The translations under genes were made by a program, and so were the position numbers. Below, piece by piece: positions 17,098 through 25,819 of a stretch of DNA of 25,819 nt; the stretch's first letter is position 1; the number at the start of each line of letters is the position of its first letter. The stretch comes from a virus (Duplodnaviria; Caudoviricetes): IMG/VR virus record IMGVR_UViG_3300020044_001621, positions 1-25,819 of that record. One strand, given 5' to 3'. The notes beneath the pieces were generated by a model, which saw only the letters and a list, made by a program, of their open reading frames with translations, was not told the origin of the DNA and did no database searches.

Positions 17098-17652
17098 TTA
17101 CTTAGAGGTTCTTCCCCAATAGATTTCTTTATCCTGTAGTCCTGCAATGAACTCTAGGCCCAAATCAGCAGGATACCTTGACTTCTGATCCTCATTAGTG
17201 AAACGCCTTACTACAGGACGCTCAAGTTTGATCAAGACATTCTCAGCGGTCACAGAGATACTAGATGTACTACCCTCCTCTGAGATGTTCATCTGATCCA
17301 ACTCCCCAGAGAAGATTTCCACATAGGCAGATGGAGCACTGGTCATACCAAAGTAGATACGGCACTCACGCCCCTGATAAGGCTCTGCAAGGGCCAACGA
17401 TAAGAAGCTAGAGGGTATACCACTCAAAGTAAGGGAAGCCCCTTTAGCTTCCATCTCTGTAGTCTCCTCTACACTAGAGAGGGCCAACAATGTACCTGCA
17501 CCTAAGTAAGTCTTAGAGCCAATGACAAGATCACCATAGCCAGACCACATATACAAAGGGCCACTAGAGAAGGCCAAATCTACAGCAAAGAAAGGGTAGA
17601 CTACCTCATCATCTAGTGCATCTAAGACTTCAGTAGTGATGTCTCTACTCAT
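17098..17652 (-). CDS. Minor tail/baseplate hub protein (DUF2163-like)
   Basis: WSGYGDL...YLGAG.LL.LS.VEET...LTLSG; lies between Dit and J. Confidence 0.75.
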   Translation of the reverse strand: MSRDITTEVLDALDDEVVYPFFAVDLAFSSGPLYMWSGYGDLVIGSKTYLGAGTLLALSSVEETTEMEAKGASLTLSGIPSSFLSLALAEPYQGRECRIYFGMTSAPSAYVEIFSGELDQMNISEEGSTSSISVTAENVLIKLERPVVRRFTNEDQKSRYPADLGLEFIAGLQDKEIYWGRTSK

Positions 17653-18818
17653 AGTGCCTCCACGCAATCAAAAGTGATACCATAAGAACTAATCTCGTTG
17701 ATACCCCATTGGGTTACATTGTCCTTGAGACGGAACCTACCTTTTGTATTGGCTACAATAATGGTAGAGTTGTCGGCTGGGGAAGTACGGAGATTAGGCC
17801 ACAAGTCGAGGGTAGCACCACCAGAGGCATCAGTATCTACTTGAGTAAGAACCTTGTAGAGTTGTGTAGTTGTAGAAGAACCTAGTTGGATGTAGTCACC
17901 CGGAAGCAAGAAGCCTGTCACATTAGGGCTACAACCATCAACGACAAGAGTATCTCCTACTTGACTGCCTCCATTAACCAAAGGGCCATAGGATGCAACT
18001 ACACCTTGATAGGTACTAGGGCTTGATCCAACCTCAAGTTGGGCACCCCAAAAAGATAGTCCAGAAGTACCGTCCCCCAGATAGTTAGAGTTGCTAGTCC
18101 CCAGAACAAGGAAGAAGCGGAAGTCATCTGTTGCAGTTGCTGTAGCTGCCTTGCTAACTGAGAAGCGGAACCAACCATTAGCAAGAGCTTCAGTCGTAGT
18201 AGATACCCCACCTTCAGTAGAGAGAACTGCACCAGTCGAAGTGTCGAAGAAGGCAGAAGAAGCAACACCACCAAACTGAGTTAAAGGGAAAGAAAGACGG
18301 ACATTCCTGACAGAACCAGCAGGTCTTTTCACATAGACAGAGAGTGTGTAGGTGTTACCCGACACCCAAGAAATATTCCTGCCGAGATAATGGCCAGCAT
18401 TAGCAGTGTTCTCGACAAGGTTATCAGCAGTCACAGTGCTATTGGGAGCGGTCTCAGCGTTTGCGGTTACTGTGCCAGCATTGACAGTCCAATAGGCATT
18501 GTCCATTTGCTCACTATAAGCAAGAATATTCCTACGAGCAGTGGCAGACCCTTGTGCAGTTACACAGTTAGGATCACCCAGAAGGAAGGTTCCAATCTGC
18601 CCCTTAAGACTGAGCAGGAAAGCAACCCAGTATTCTGCATCTGGACGCTTCATAGGAGGAAGAGAGATGGAAGCAGCCCACCGTTGTCCGGGGTGAGCTA
18701 CAACCTGTTGTTGATAAGTGAAGGGAGATTGACTGATAGCTACAGCATTCTTAGCAGAGAGGGTGATGTTGGCAATCCCAATGTTAGTCGGGGTACTGAG
18801 GGGATAGCTTAGTGTCAT
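17649..18818 (-). CDS. Distal tail protein (Dit-like) with an inserted ~190-aa beta-rich domain
   Basis: N-terminal SPFT.QQQV..HPGQRW...L.LPP and C-terminal LLPGDYIQLG...LDLWPNLR...VEAL flank an insert NILAYSE...WGAQLEVGSSPSTY. Confidence 0.75.
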   Translation of the reverse strand: MTLSYPLSTPTNIGIANITLSAKNAVAISQSPFTYQQQVVAHPGQRWAASISLPPMKRPDAEYWVAFLLSLKGQIGTFLLGDPNCVTAQGSATARRNILAYSEQMDNAYWTVNAGTVTANAETAPNSTVTADNLVENTANAGHYLGRNISWVSGNTYTLSVYVKRPAGSVRNVRLSFPLTQFGGVASSAFFDTSTGAVLSTEGGVSTTTEALANGWFRFSVSKAATATATDDFRFFLVLGTSNSNYLGDGTSGLSFWGAQLEVGSSPSTYQGVVASYGPLVNGGSQVGDTLVVDGCSPNVTGFLLPGDYIQLGSSTTTQLYKVLTQVDTDASGGATLDLWPNLRTSPADNSTIIVANTKGRFRLKDNVTQWGINEISSYGITFDCVEAL

Positions 18819-18827
18819 ATTAACCTC

Positions 18828-21275
18828 TTATCGGAAAGCAGCGGCGAACTGACCACCACGTTGTTTAGCATCAAGCACAGCAGCCTTAGTGGCATTAGTG
18901 ATTTGTGGTATCATCTTTGCTACTTCAGTACGAACCATAGCTGCATCGCTACCAGTTACATTGATTGACAAGTTCTGAGTGAAGTTACCACCCCCACCAA
19001 CAGCACTAGCAGTTTGCTTTGCATTTACTACAGTACCAGAGTGACGAGGGATCACAAGTTCAGGACCATTCTCACCAACCATGTAAGCCATATTAGCCAT
19101 CATGGAACCACCAGCAGCACGGGGTTGCGCCTGTGACAAACGTGGTACAGAACCAGCAGGCCCTTTAGAAGGCATAATGAACCCAGAAACACTATTTACA
19201 AGTTGTTGAACAACATATACACGATAGAGTTCCTTGACTATCTCAGCAGCCATAGTCTTGAAGGCTTCTTTAGCGGACTTAGTACCATCCACTATCGACA
19301 TCAAGGTATCTTCCATAGAAGACTTGACAGTACCCAAGACTTGCTCTCGTTGTTTCTCAAGATCAATCAGACGTTCAACCTGAGTGGCTTGATCAACCAA
19401 ACCTGCAATAACTTCTGGACTTGTGGTCTTGAACTCTTCACCTAGAGCACTACGGACTTTCTGATAGGCTTCAGAAGTACCAATCAGTTCCCTCTCTACA
19501 GCGAGTTGTTCTTGTAGTTTCTCAATAGCAGTCTGGGTAGCTTCCGCAGGACCAGTACCACCTTCAGTTCCAGTTCCACCCAAAAGGTCTTCTAGTGTAG
19601 GGTTAACTGCTGCTGCGGGTATTGGCCCTCTACCACCTTGTTCAAAACTAGGCCCATAACGGTTATCTGCATTGAGCGGGTAGGTGAAAGTTGGTCCACT
19701 TGTAGTAGGAAGACCTCTCCCCATTTGGCCTTGATAAATAGCAAGGTAGTCAGCAACTGTCTTTACATTGCTAAAATCCACCTTAGCCAGACCAAGAGCG
19801 GAACGAAGAGCATCAGAAAGGTAGATGGATACAGATTCAGTCTCTCCTGCAAGAGCATGAAAGAGGTTTTTACCAGAAGTAAGTCTCTTGTTCAGTTCTT
19901 CTTGCGCGACAACTTGAGCATCCGCATCAGCTTTTTGTTGGCGATAGATATTACGTTGCTCATTTGCTCTGCGACGAGAAGCAATTTCAAGTTGTCTCTC
20001 ATAGTCAAGTTGCTTAAGAACAAGGTCGATTTCATCTAACCTAGCCTGATTAACCTGCTCTCGCGCCTTTAGTTCCTCAACAGCTAGGGCCGACCTACCG
20101 CCAGAAGCAACTTTTTGTTCTTGACTACTAGAAAAAGCTATGCTAGCTTGTAGACGCAACCTCTCTTCAAGAAGATCATTGATTGCGTTCTGTGCAACCT
20201 GTTCGTCTTTGGTTGATGCTCCAGAAGCCGCCATTTGCCTTTCAAGTCTCAGGGCTGTAATAGACTCTTTAAGCCTATCTATAGCTTGCTTTTGTACATC
20301 AACACTCTTTGCTCCACTCTCAGCTTCCTTACTGGAGTTAAAGAAAGCCATAGCCAGACTTGCCAACAGTGGGATTAGAATAGCTACACCAGCGAAGGCT
20401 GTAGAGAGCGCAATCTTAAACCCTAGAAAACTGTAGGTGGTGGCTTGTAGTGCAGGAGGCAAGAGGTAAAGCAAACCCGCCATCTGGGTCATCTGCTGGC
20501 TAAAGGCAACCAGTGGATTGGTTCCACCTTGCACCTGCACGATGAAGTCACTTACCTGATAGCCTGTCTGTTGGGCAGCTACGCCCATCCTATTCATCCC
20601 ATCAGAAGTCTGATTGGAGTGGTCAACGAAACGATTACCCACTTGACGGATACCGTTTTGGAAGTTCTGGTATTCTTGGTTAAGGGATTCTACAGCAGAT
20701 TCGTGACCCTTAGTAGAGATTGCCCCAAGCCTATGTGCCGTATTCAACTCTGCAAGGGAACGTTCGTACAACTGAGAAGAAGCATAGATTTGGTCATACT
20801 TCAAGCGAAGACGTTCAATCTCATTATCAAGAGTTGCAAAACCAGCCCCAACACCAGTAGCAGGAGTACCAGTGACACCAAGACGGTCATTCAGTGCAGT
20901 GGTTGACCTTTGAGCGGCTGCTGCTTGATTACGAGCCACTTCTGCTGCCAGTTTAGCTTCTGCTTTAGCAATCTTGTCGTTTGCGGCTACAATACGCTGA
21001 GCCTCTTTCTCCGCACGAGATGCTTCCCTAGTACGAGCCTTCTCACGCTTATCAGATTCTTGTTGTAGTTTTGCCGAGACTACAGCCTCTGCTTTGTTGA
21101 TAATATCTAAGTTCTTTTGTGTAGTATCAGCGAAGGCTTTGGTTACCCTATCGGCTCTTTTGGATTCACGAAAAAGAGAATCTACAACTTTGACAAAGAG
21201 AGTATCGGTTGACTTGAGGGTGGTGTTAAGGTTGTTGACCTGTGCAAAGTCTACTGTAAGAGTAATATCAGCCAT
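18828..21275 (-). CDS. Tail tape measure protein
   Basis: 815 aa, coiled-coil and Ala-rich; lambda-type GYQVSDFIVQVQGGTNPLVAFSQQ; C-terminal RAAGG...VGENGPEL. Confidence 0.9.
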   Translation of the reverse strand: MADITLTVDFAQVNNLNTTLKSTDTLFVKVVDSLFRESKRADRVTKAFADTTQKNLDIINKAEAVVSAKLQQESDKREKARTREASRAEKEAQRIVAANDKIAKAEAKLAAEVARNQAAAAQRSTTALNDRLGVTGTPATGVGAGFATLDNEIERLRLKYDQIYASSQLYERSLAELNTAHRLGAISTKGHESAVESLNQEYQNFQNGIRQVGNRFVDHSNQTSDGMNRMGVAAQQTGYQVSDFIVQVQGGTNPLVAFSQQMTQMAGLLYLLPPALQATTYSFLGFKIALSTAFAGVAILIPLLASLAMAFFNSSKEAESGAKSVDVQKQAIDRLKESITALRLERQMAASGASTKDEQVAQNAINDLLEERLRLQASIAFSSSQEQKVASGGRSALAVEELKAREQVNQARLDEIDLVLKQLDYERQLEIASRRRANEQRNIYRQQKADADAQVVAQEELNKRLTSGKNLFHALAGETESVSIYLSDALRSALGLAKVDFSNVKTVADYLAIYQGQMGRGLPTTSGPTFTYPLNADNRYGPSFEQGGRGPIPAAAVNPTLEDLLGGTGTEGGTGPAEATQTAIEKLQEQLAVERELIGTSEAYQKVRSALGEEFKTTSPEVIAGLVDQATQVERLIDLEKQREQVLGTVKSSMEDTLMSIVDGTKSAKEAFKTMAAEIVKELYRVYVVQQLVNSVSGFIMPSKGPAGSVPRLSQAQPRAAGGSMMANMAYMVGENGPELVIPRHSGTVVNAKQTASAVGGGGNFTQNLSINVTGSDAAMVRTEVAKMIPQITNATKAAVLDAKQRGGQFAAAFR

Positions 21276-21627
21276 TTTTATTCACAACCCTCAAGTAAAC
21301 GGTATCTATTTTCTTAACTACCTCAACTTCCCAAGGTAGCAATGTGTTCTGTGTCATACGTTGCCAAGCATCAATCTCTTGGTAACTGATAGGAATGGGT
21401 CCAGAAAACCCTTGACCTCTGGTGCTATTGAGCAATAAAAAAGCAGTCCAGACGTATTCCAGTAACTCTGGGAACTCAGGTCCCTGTAGAGCCAATGGTG
21501 TTCGTCCAGACTGCTTTTCCACTTCTTGTAAATGTTCTCTCTCGGTCACACCATTCTTGTCAGGAATAGAGAGTTTGAAGTGCCACTCTGCATACTCCCC
21601 TAGATCAAGGATTAGACCTTCAAAAAA
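21268..21627 (-). CDS. Tail assembly chaperone, frameshifted C-terminal extension (gpT-like)
   Basis: The -1 frame is open from the slippery site: FEGLILDLGEYAEWHF...VWTAFLLLNSTR..GFSGPIPISYQEIDAW. Confidence 0.8.
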   Translation of the reverse strand, partial: FFEGLILDLGEYAEWHFKLSIPDKNGVTEREHLQEVEKQSGRTPLALQGPEFPELLEYVWTAFLLLNSTRGQGFSGPIPISYQEIDAWQRMTQNTLLPWEVEVVKKIDTVYLRVVNKNG

Positions 21628-22013
21628 GCAGAGTAATCCTCTTGGGCATCAATAACTTGTTGCTTAAGCCAAGGAACCTTAGCGTAGAGGTCAGCAGCCT
21701 CTGCTACAGTGAACTTAGGGGACTTGTTGTTGAACTGGATGTCCCAATCTTTAGTCGTCTTAGCCAGAAGGTCCAGCATGGAGTTTTCCAACTCTTCAGC
21801 AGTGAAAGTAACTTTCTTACCTTTGGCTGCCTTCTGGATACGCTTATTGGTTTGTTCGTGAATCTGTGCTTTGTAGACACTAGAGTGAGGTGCGTACACC
21901 GTGATAGTCATAGGCTTCCCATCGTCTTTAATGAGTGCCTCTTCAGTCACAGGGTGTTTGATTTCAACAAGAATAGTGTCGTCGGTCGGGATCATTGATG
22001 CAAGATCGGCCAT
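21612..22013 (-). CDS. Tail assembly chaperone (gpG-like)
   Basis: Lies between tail tube and tape measure; MADL...HPVT.E...DGKPMTITV; AAGGA RBS. Confidence 0.85.
   Translation of the reverse strand: MADLASMIPTDDTILVEIKHPVTEEALIKDDGKPMTITVYAPHSSVYKAQIHEQTNKRIQKAAKGKKVTFTAEELENSMLDLLAKTTKDWDIQFNNKSPKFTVAEAADLYAKVPWLKQQVIDAQEDYSAFLKV
21621..21627 (-). other. Programmed -1 ribosomal frameshift site T TTT TTG
   Basis: X XXY YYZ heptamer in the correct phase, two codons before the gpG-like stop. Confidence 0.8.
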
Positions 22014-22075
22014 TGTCGGGGTATCCTTTAATAAGAGGTCGGGGTTATTAAACATTCGTCGGGAAAGAATTAAGA

Positions 22076-22110
22076 CGGGTGAGCCATACTCCCGACAAGA
22101 CAGCCCACCC
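22076..22110 (-). terminator. Hairpin downstream of the major tail gene, probable partial terminator
   Basis: Minus strand GGGTGGGCTGT...ATGGCTCACCC followed by GTCTTAATTCTTT. Confidence 0.6.
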
Positions 22111-22131
22111 TAGCCCCAAGAGGGGATTACG

Positions 22132-23292
22132 TTACGTCGGATTACGAATAATCTCGATGCTGCTGTTCTCAGCCGTGTCATACAGAGCGACAAAAGGAAG
22201 AGTAACAATACGCGACGTAGGATTATCTACAGGAACACTGGCCCCATTGATCTTGACACGGGGGAAGTGGAAGGTGTAGTTGGAAGAACCGCTCGGGTCA
22301 TTCACAGTAACTTGGAAGGCAGATGTCGTCTCGTTGACGAAACGGTTGATCAAGGAAGCATCTTCGAAGTATGCAGTGATCGTACCTTCGACAGTAGCCA
22401 TACCAAACTCAAGTTGAGGAGTAGAGGCAGAGCCGATAACAAAGGTAGGAGCCAGAGAGTTCGTGACACTGAAGTCGATACCAGTGATGATGGCTACAGA
22501 AGTCAAGCCACCAGTAGCACTAGCGTTACCGATAGCCATAGCACCAGAGTAGCTGTCGAAGGGTTGGTTGGTGCTGGAAGCATCCTTAGTCGGGTCAACA
22601 GAAGTACCCGAGATAGCCATATCCTTACCAATCATGCTGAACGTAGCAGCAATCATTGCATTGGGTTTGATCGAGACGGCGACAGTATTGACAGTCATAC
22701 CCGTGAAGAGACGGAACTGAGCAATATCAGCGGCTGCATCTTCAATAGTGAAAGACTTGGCGGTAGAACCAATCTTCAGAGCACGGTTCTTAATTGTACC
22801 AGCGACAGTCTGAGAACCCGTAGTAGCGTTAGCATACGAGACAGAGGTTGCAGTACAAGCAGTGACAGTGTAAGTACCATTGTAGCCCGTGGGGGTGACA
22901 CCAGCAACAGTGATAGCAGAACCAACCGGGAAGGGAGGAATTGTCTGAGTTGCAAAGGTCAGAGTGGCTACACCAGCAGAGCCAGTAGCAGTCAGCGTAG
23001 CAATGGTTGCAGAGTCTGCAAAAGCACTCATGAAAGCACTTTCGAGCAAGGCATCATAGTCACCTTTGCGAAGGTCAACTACAATATCACCACCAGCTTG
23101 ACGGTTGCCATGACGGTCAACACGGAGCATACGGTCTGGTTGAATATCGTTTCCGGTTACACGATCTTTGGTCATTTCCAGAGAGTGCGTATTGTAGGGG
23201 AGTTGAACCAGAGCAGGGCTACCGGGAGTAACACCGAAAGTCGATTCAGTAACATAGGACAGGCCAGAACGGCTACCTTGTGAGAACGGCAT
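22132..23292 (-). CDS. Major tail tube protein with an internal beta-sandwich insertion
   Basis: SQGSRSGLSYVTESTFGVTP, DRHGNR..GGDI, SFTIE, VEGTITAYFED, LPFVALYD. Confidence 0.88.
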   Translation of the reverse strand: MPFSQGSRSGLSYVTESTFGVTPGSPALVQLPYNTHSLEMTKDRVTGNDIQPDRMLRVDRHGNRQAGGDIVVDLRKGDYDALLESAFMSAFADSATIATLTATGSAGVATLTFATQTIPPFPVGSAITVAGVTPTGYNGTYTVTACTATSVSYANATTGSQTVAGTIKNRALKIGSTAKSFTIEDAAADIAQFRLFTGMTVNTVAVSIKPNAMIAATFSMIGKDMAISGTSVDPTKDASSTNQPFDSYSGAMAIGNASATGGLTSVAIITGIDFSVTNSLAPTFVIGSASTPQLEFGMATVEGTITAYFEDASLINRFVNETTSAFQVTVNDPSGSSNYTFHFPRVKINGASVPVDNPTSRIVTLPFVALYDTAENSSIEIIRNPT

Positions 23293-23304
23293 ATTTAGTT
23301 TCCT

Positions 23305-23811
23305 TTAGCTATGATAAATGTACCAGCCAATAGTGACTGGAGTGCAGTAGAAGGGAGAGTCAAGGAAACTCGTCCTGACTTCGGAGTAGTCAATCGACAC
23401 GATAATAGAGCCAGCGGAGGTACTACCCAGAGTGTCCAGCAGAATGATGTCGTCTGTCTCTAAGAGAAGACTATCACCACTTTCCAGAAGCATATAGTCT
23501 GGGAGGGGAGTATAGCTAATGTCTGTAGTTGCCTCAAATCGTTCAAGCAAGAAATCAGCAATATCGTAACCAGCACCAGAACCCAAACCTTCAGGAGTAC
23601 GAATCAGAATACTATAGAGGCCATCATATCTTTGTTGTGGGTTTAAGCCTCGTACAGCAGGTCTACGAGAAGTGGGTACGAAGTCGGCCTTTATGTAAGA
23701 AGTACCATTTGTGGGCTGATATGGAATGTTCTGGCGGGCAATGGGTGGGATACCTACAGTATTAGAGAGGTGGGTATCTAGGCAGGCCCTGATGTCGTTA
23801 ATGATTGTCAT
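23305..23811 (-). CDS. Tail terminator-like protein (DUF4128-like)
   Basis: IRACLDTHL...N..YQPT.GT.YI...RYDGLY.I...PEGLG; located upstream of the tail tube. Confidence 0.7.
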   Translation of the reverse strand: MTIINDIRACLDTHLSNTVGIPPIARQNIPYQPTNGTSYIKADFVPTSRRPAVRGLNPQQRYDGLYSILIRTPEGLGSGAGYDIADFLLERFEATTDISYTPLPDYMLLESGDSLLLETDDIILLDTLGSTSAGSIIVSIDYSEVRTSFLDSPFYCTPVTIGWYIYHS

Positions 23812-24239
23812 GACCTAGCCTTTACAGTATTAATAGCGTCTTTCAGGTGGTTGTTGGCCCTGCTTCTTACACTATTATATATGTTGTACCCATGAACATA
23901 CTCTACAACATTCGCATGGGGTGAAGCATTAGTGAAATAGACTTGTTCTTGATTAGCAGGAAGAGCAGCAATATCATCAAGCAGTTGATCCATAGCTTCT
24001 GCGGCTTTAGCTTCTGGGTCTTGACCTCCGGGTTTACCGTGAGAGGACCTTGATCTTCCAGCCCCTCTTGTAGTACGAATAGAGTGAGAGGTTATGTAGG
24101 CACCTGTATCCACAGCAGCTTTAGGAATTAGGGTCGTGTTGATTATGTCTTCTGCCATATTGAGCAAGAACTCAGTACGTGTATCTTGCAAATCTTTCTC
24201 AATCTTCTTTAGTCGAGAGGTTAGGCTAATCTGAGCCAT
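23808..24239 (-). CDS. Tail completion / neck protein (HK97 gp10-like)
   Basis: VDTGAYITSH and FTNASPHANVVEY motifs; synteny. Confidence 0.7.
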   Translation of the reverse strand: MAQISLTSRLKKIEKDLQDTRTEFLLNMAEDIINTTLIPKAAVDTGAYITSHSIRTTRGAGRSRSSHGKPGGQDPEAKAAEAMDQLLDDIAALPANQEQVYFTNASPHANVVEYVHGYNIYNSVRSRANNHLKDAINTVKARS

Positions 24240-24240
24240 A

Positions 24241-24603
24241 TCATTCCCTCACTTGTAGTTGGTAGCACATCGTAGCACTACCAGACTTAATCTCCATGAC
24301 CTTGACAATGTTCACCGTATCACCAAGACCAAGTATCTGGTCTGTAGCATCAGGCTCTGGTGTAGCTGATCCATCAATCAATTTGCAGTCAAGGACAACC
24401 TTACGATCACCACGGAGAATAGATTGCCCATCAACCATGTCTGGCGTGTAGTCATAGAAATAGCCCCGTACAGCGTAGTCTGTGTTTGTGGCTGTCACAG
24501 TACCTGAATCACTATCATAGGCACCAGCGGCTCTCTTACGAAGCGTGAGGGCTATGCCATGCTCCCTGATGAGCTGTCTGAGTGTGTAGCTATCAAACGC
24601 CAT
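24241..24603 (-). CDS. Head closure / head-tail joining protein
   Basis: LIREHG..LTL....GAYD..SG...VDG.SILRGDRK; synteny. Confidence 0.7.
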   Translation of the reverse strand: MAFDSYTLRQLIREHGIALTLRKRAAGAYDSDSGTVTATNTDYAVRGYFYDYTPDMVDGQSILRGDRKVVLDCKLIDGSATPEPDATDQILGLGDTVNIVKVMEIKSGSATMCYQLQVRE

Positions 24604-25066
24604 TAGGTTCATCGGTGATGTACTGATCAGCCGCTCCTGAGTTATCAAACTTGTCAATAGTGAAGGCAGGTTTAACCCTATCGCTATCTTCTCTTACAAC
24701 CTCTACAGCAGCAACAGAGATACCACCACCATAGACACCCAGAGACTTACCAGAGGTCTTCTTGCCTTGGGCTTCAATCTGGGAGGAGAGTTGTTGGTAT
24801 TGTTTGGCGCGATCACTGTAGTTGGCACTCAAGGCACCATCAAGAGTGGTAGTAACCATCCTGCTGAACTTGGCTGCAATGACTTTGCAAACCCATGACC
24901 CTGCATAGTAGACGTTATCGCCAACCTGTGCTAGGGCAAAAGTAATCTCTTCATTCTGGACGAGTTGGTCTGAGGTGTCAGTATCACCTACAAGAAGACG
25001 AACAGTGTTGGTACGACCAGAAGAAGTTGTAGTATTCAAATCAGAGACATCATAACTCCAAGACAT
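24593..25066 (-). CDS. Head-tail adaptor protein
   Basis: WSYD...VRLLVGDTD..DQLVQNEEI.F.L; synteny. Confidence 0.75.
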   Translation of the reverse strand: MSWSYDVSDLNTTTSSGRTNTVRLLVGDTDTSDQLVQNEEITFALAQVGDNVYYAGSWVCKVIAAKFSRMVTTTLDGALSANYSDRAKQYQQLSSQIEAQGKKTSGKSLGVYGGGISVAAVEVVREDSDRVKPAFTIDKFDNSGAADQYITDEPNGV

Positions 25067-25082
25067 CTGGTCGTCTCCTTAA

Positions 25083-25490
25083 TTAGTTTTCTAGTTCGCC
25101 ATAAGAGATACGCCACCTACGGATAAGACCAATCTGTTTATCTTTGATCTTGCTTGTAGTGCATTTCTTCTGTAGGAACTCTCGATTATCTTTTGTTTTG
25201 GCTTTCACTTTCCCATTGATGTTATCTACGAGAAGGTGTAGTTGGTCAACAGAGTATTGCTCTAGGCCATCACCAACAGAAATCTTTGTAACTGCAATCT
25301 CTTCAAGTTCTTCATTGTGATGAAGCATATCGTTAAAGAACAGTTGTTGAAGTACATCATGTGGTGTCCCAAAGAACTCCCACTGAAAGCGATCACCCTT
25401 CTTCCAAACCTTACCAGCCATCTGGATGTCATTTTGTTTGACAAACACAGGTCGAGAAGGGTTGAAGAAGGGGAGAAACGGTCGGGTCAT
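25083..25490 (-). CDS. Hypothetical virion-module protein
   Basis: ATG after GGGAGAG; lies between capsid and adaptor genes (alternative GTG start at 25499). Confidence 0.7.
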   Translation of the reverse strand: MTRPFLPFFNPSRPVFVKQNDIQMAGKVWKKGDRFQWEFFGTPHDVLQQLFFNDMLHHNEELEEIAVTKISVGDGLEQYSVDQLHLLVDNINGKVKAKTKDNREFLQKKCTTSKIKDKQIGLIRRWRISYGELEN

Positions 25491-25511
25491 CTCTCCCACT
25501 CCTTAATCTAG

Positions 25512-25819
25512 TTAGGCTACAACAGTAGCGATGAAGGCACCCATGTCTGCCGACACAACCTTGTGGTCATACGCCAGATTGGCTTCCAGAACTTCAGCAA
25601 CACCATCAATCGCCAAATAGTCGCCAACATACGACTTGATCGTAATGCCGTGACCCGAAGCGTTCTCCAGATCATCCCAAGTGAAGGTGTAGCCAGCTGA
25701 AGGAACCATCAGACCAGCCGAACGGGGGCGGTAGTAGAAGGCTGCCGACTTGCCACCGATGAAGGCGTTCGATTCAGCGATACCTTCAGCAGCCGTGTTC
25801 TTCACGGTTTCCATGACGA
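25512..25819 (-). CDS. Major capsid protein, C-terminal part (5' end outside window)
   Basis: AGLMVPSAGYTFTW...YDHKVVSADMGAF; high-expression codon usage; synteny. Confidence 0.8.
   Translation of the reverse strand, partial: VMETVKNTAAEGIAESNAFIGGKSAAFYYRPRSAGLMVPSAGYTFTWDDLENASGHGITIKSYVGDYLAIDGVAEVLEANLAYDHKVVSADMGAFIATVVA

Noticed and set aside
876-21998. Many short opposite-strand or out-of-frame ORFs in the track (e.g. 4053..4481, 5670..6047, 7810..8247, 8890..9312, 18390..18812, 19638..20039)
   Set aside because: They overlap well-supported genes and have no motifs or RBS that I could see; only 5659..6003 has independent support
22267-23283. 338-aa ORF antisense to the major tail gene
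   Set aside because: Ser/Thr/Arg-rich with no motif; explained as a shadow of the codon bias of a highly expressed gene
1-25819. tRNA, rRNA, CRISPR array, integrase/att site, alternative genetic code
   Set aside because: None seen; genes tile densely under the standard code and TAA, TAG and TGA are all used as stops

Overview
This window is part of a lytic tailed dsDNA phage genome of siphovirus type; an alphaproteobacterial-type host is only an inference. Positions ~2.2-11.9 kb (+ strand) hold a replication and nucleotide-metabolism module: ThyX, 5'-3' exonuclease, T7 endonuclease I-like resolvase, metallophosphoesterase, two DNA methyltransferases, a MazG-like protein, a class II (B12-dependent) ribonucleotide reductase interrupted by a group I intron with a GIY-YIG homing endonuclease, glutaredoxin, PhoH and a DUF3310 protein. 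This module converges at a bidirectional terminator with the - strand late module (12-25.8 kb): capsid end, head-tail connectors, tail tube, frameshifting tail chaperones, tape measure, tail tip, fibre and lysis genes. The most unusual elements are four. (1) A 262-bp, 96.6%-identical inverted repeat flanks a promoter+SSB segment, and each copy runs into a different, distantly related thyX; this is either a real rearrangement/switch or a join of two related phage haplotypes. (2) The C5 methyltransferase appears to carry its missing motif-IX subunit as a nested gene in another reading frame, with its own RBS. (3) The intron splits the catalytic Cys codon of the RNR. (4) A CCCGAC motif clusters at late-gene translation starts. 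All product calls come from motif recognition; no database search was run.
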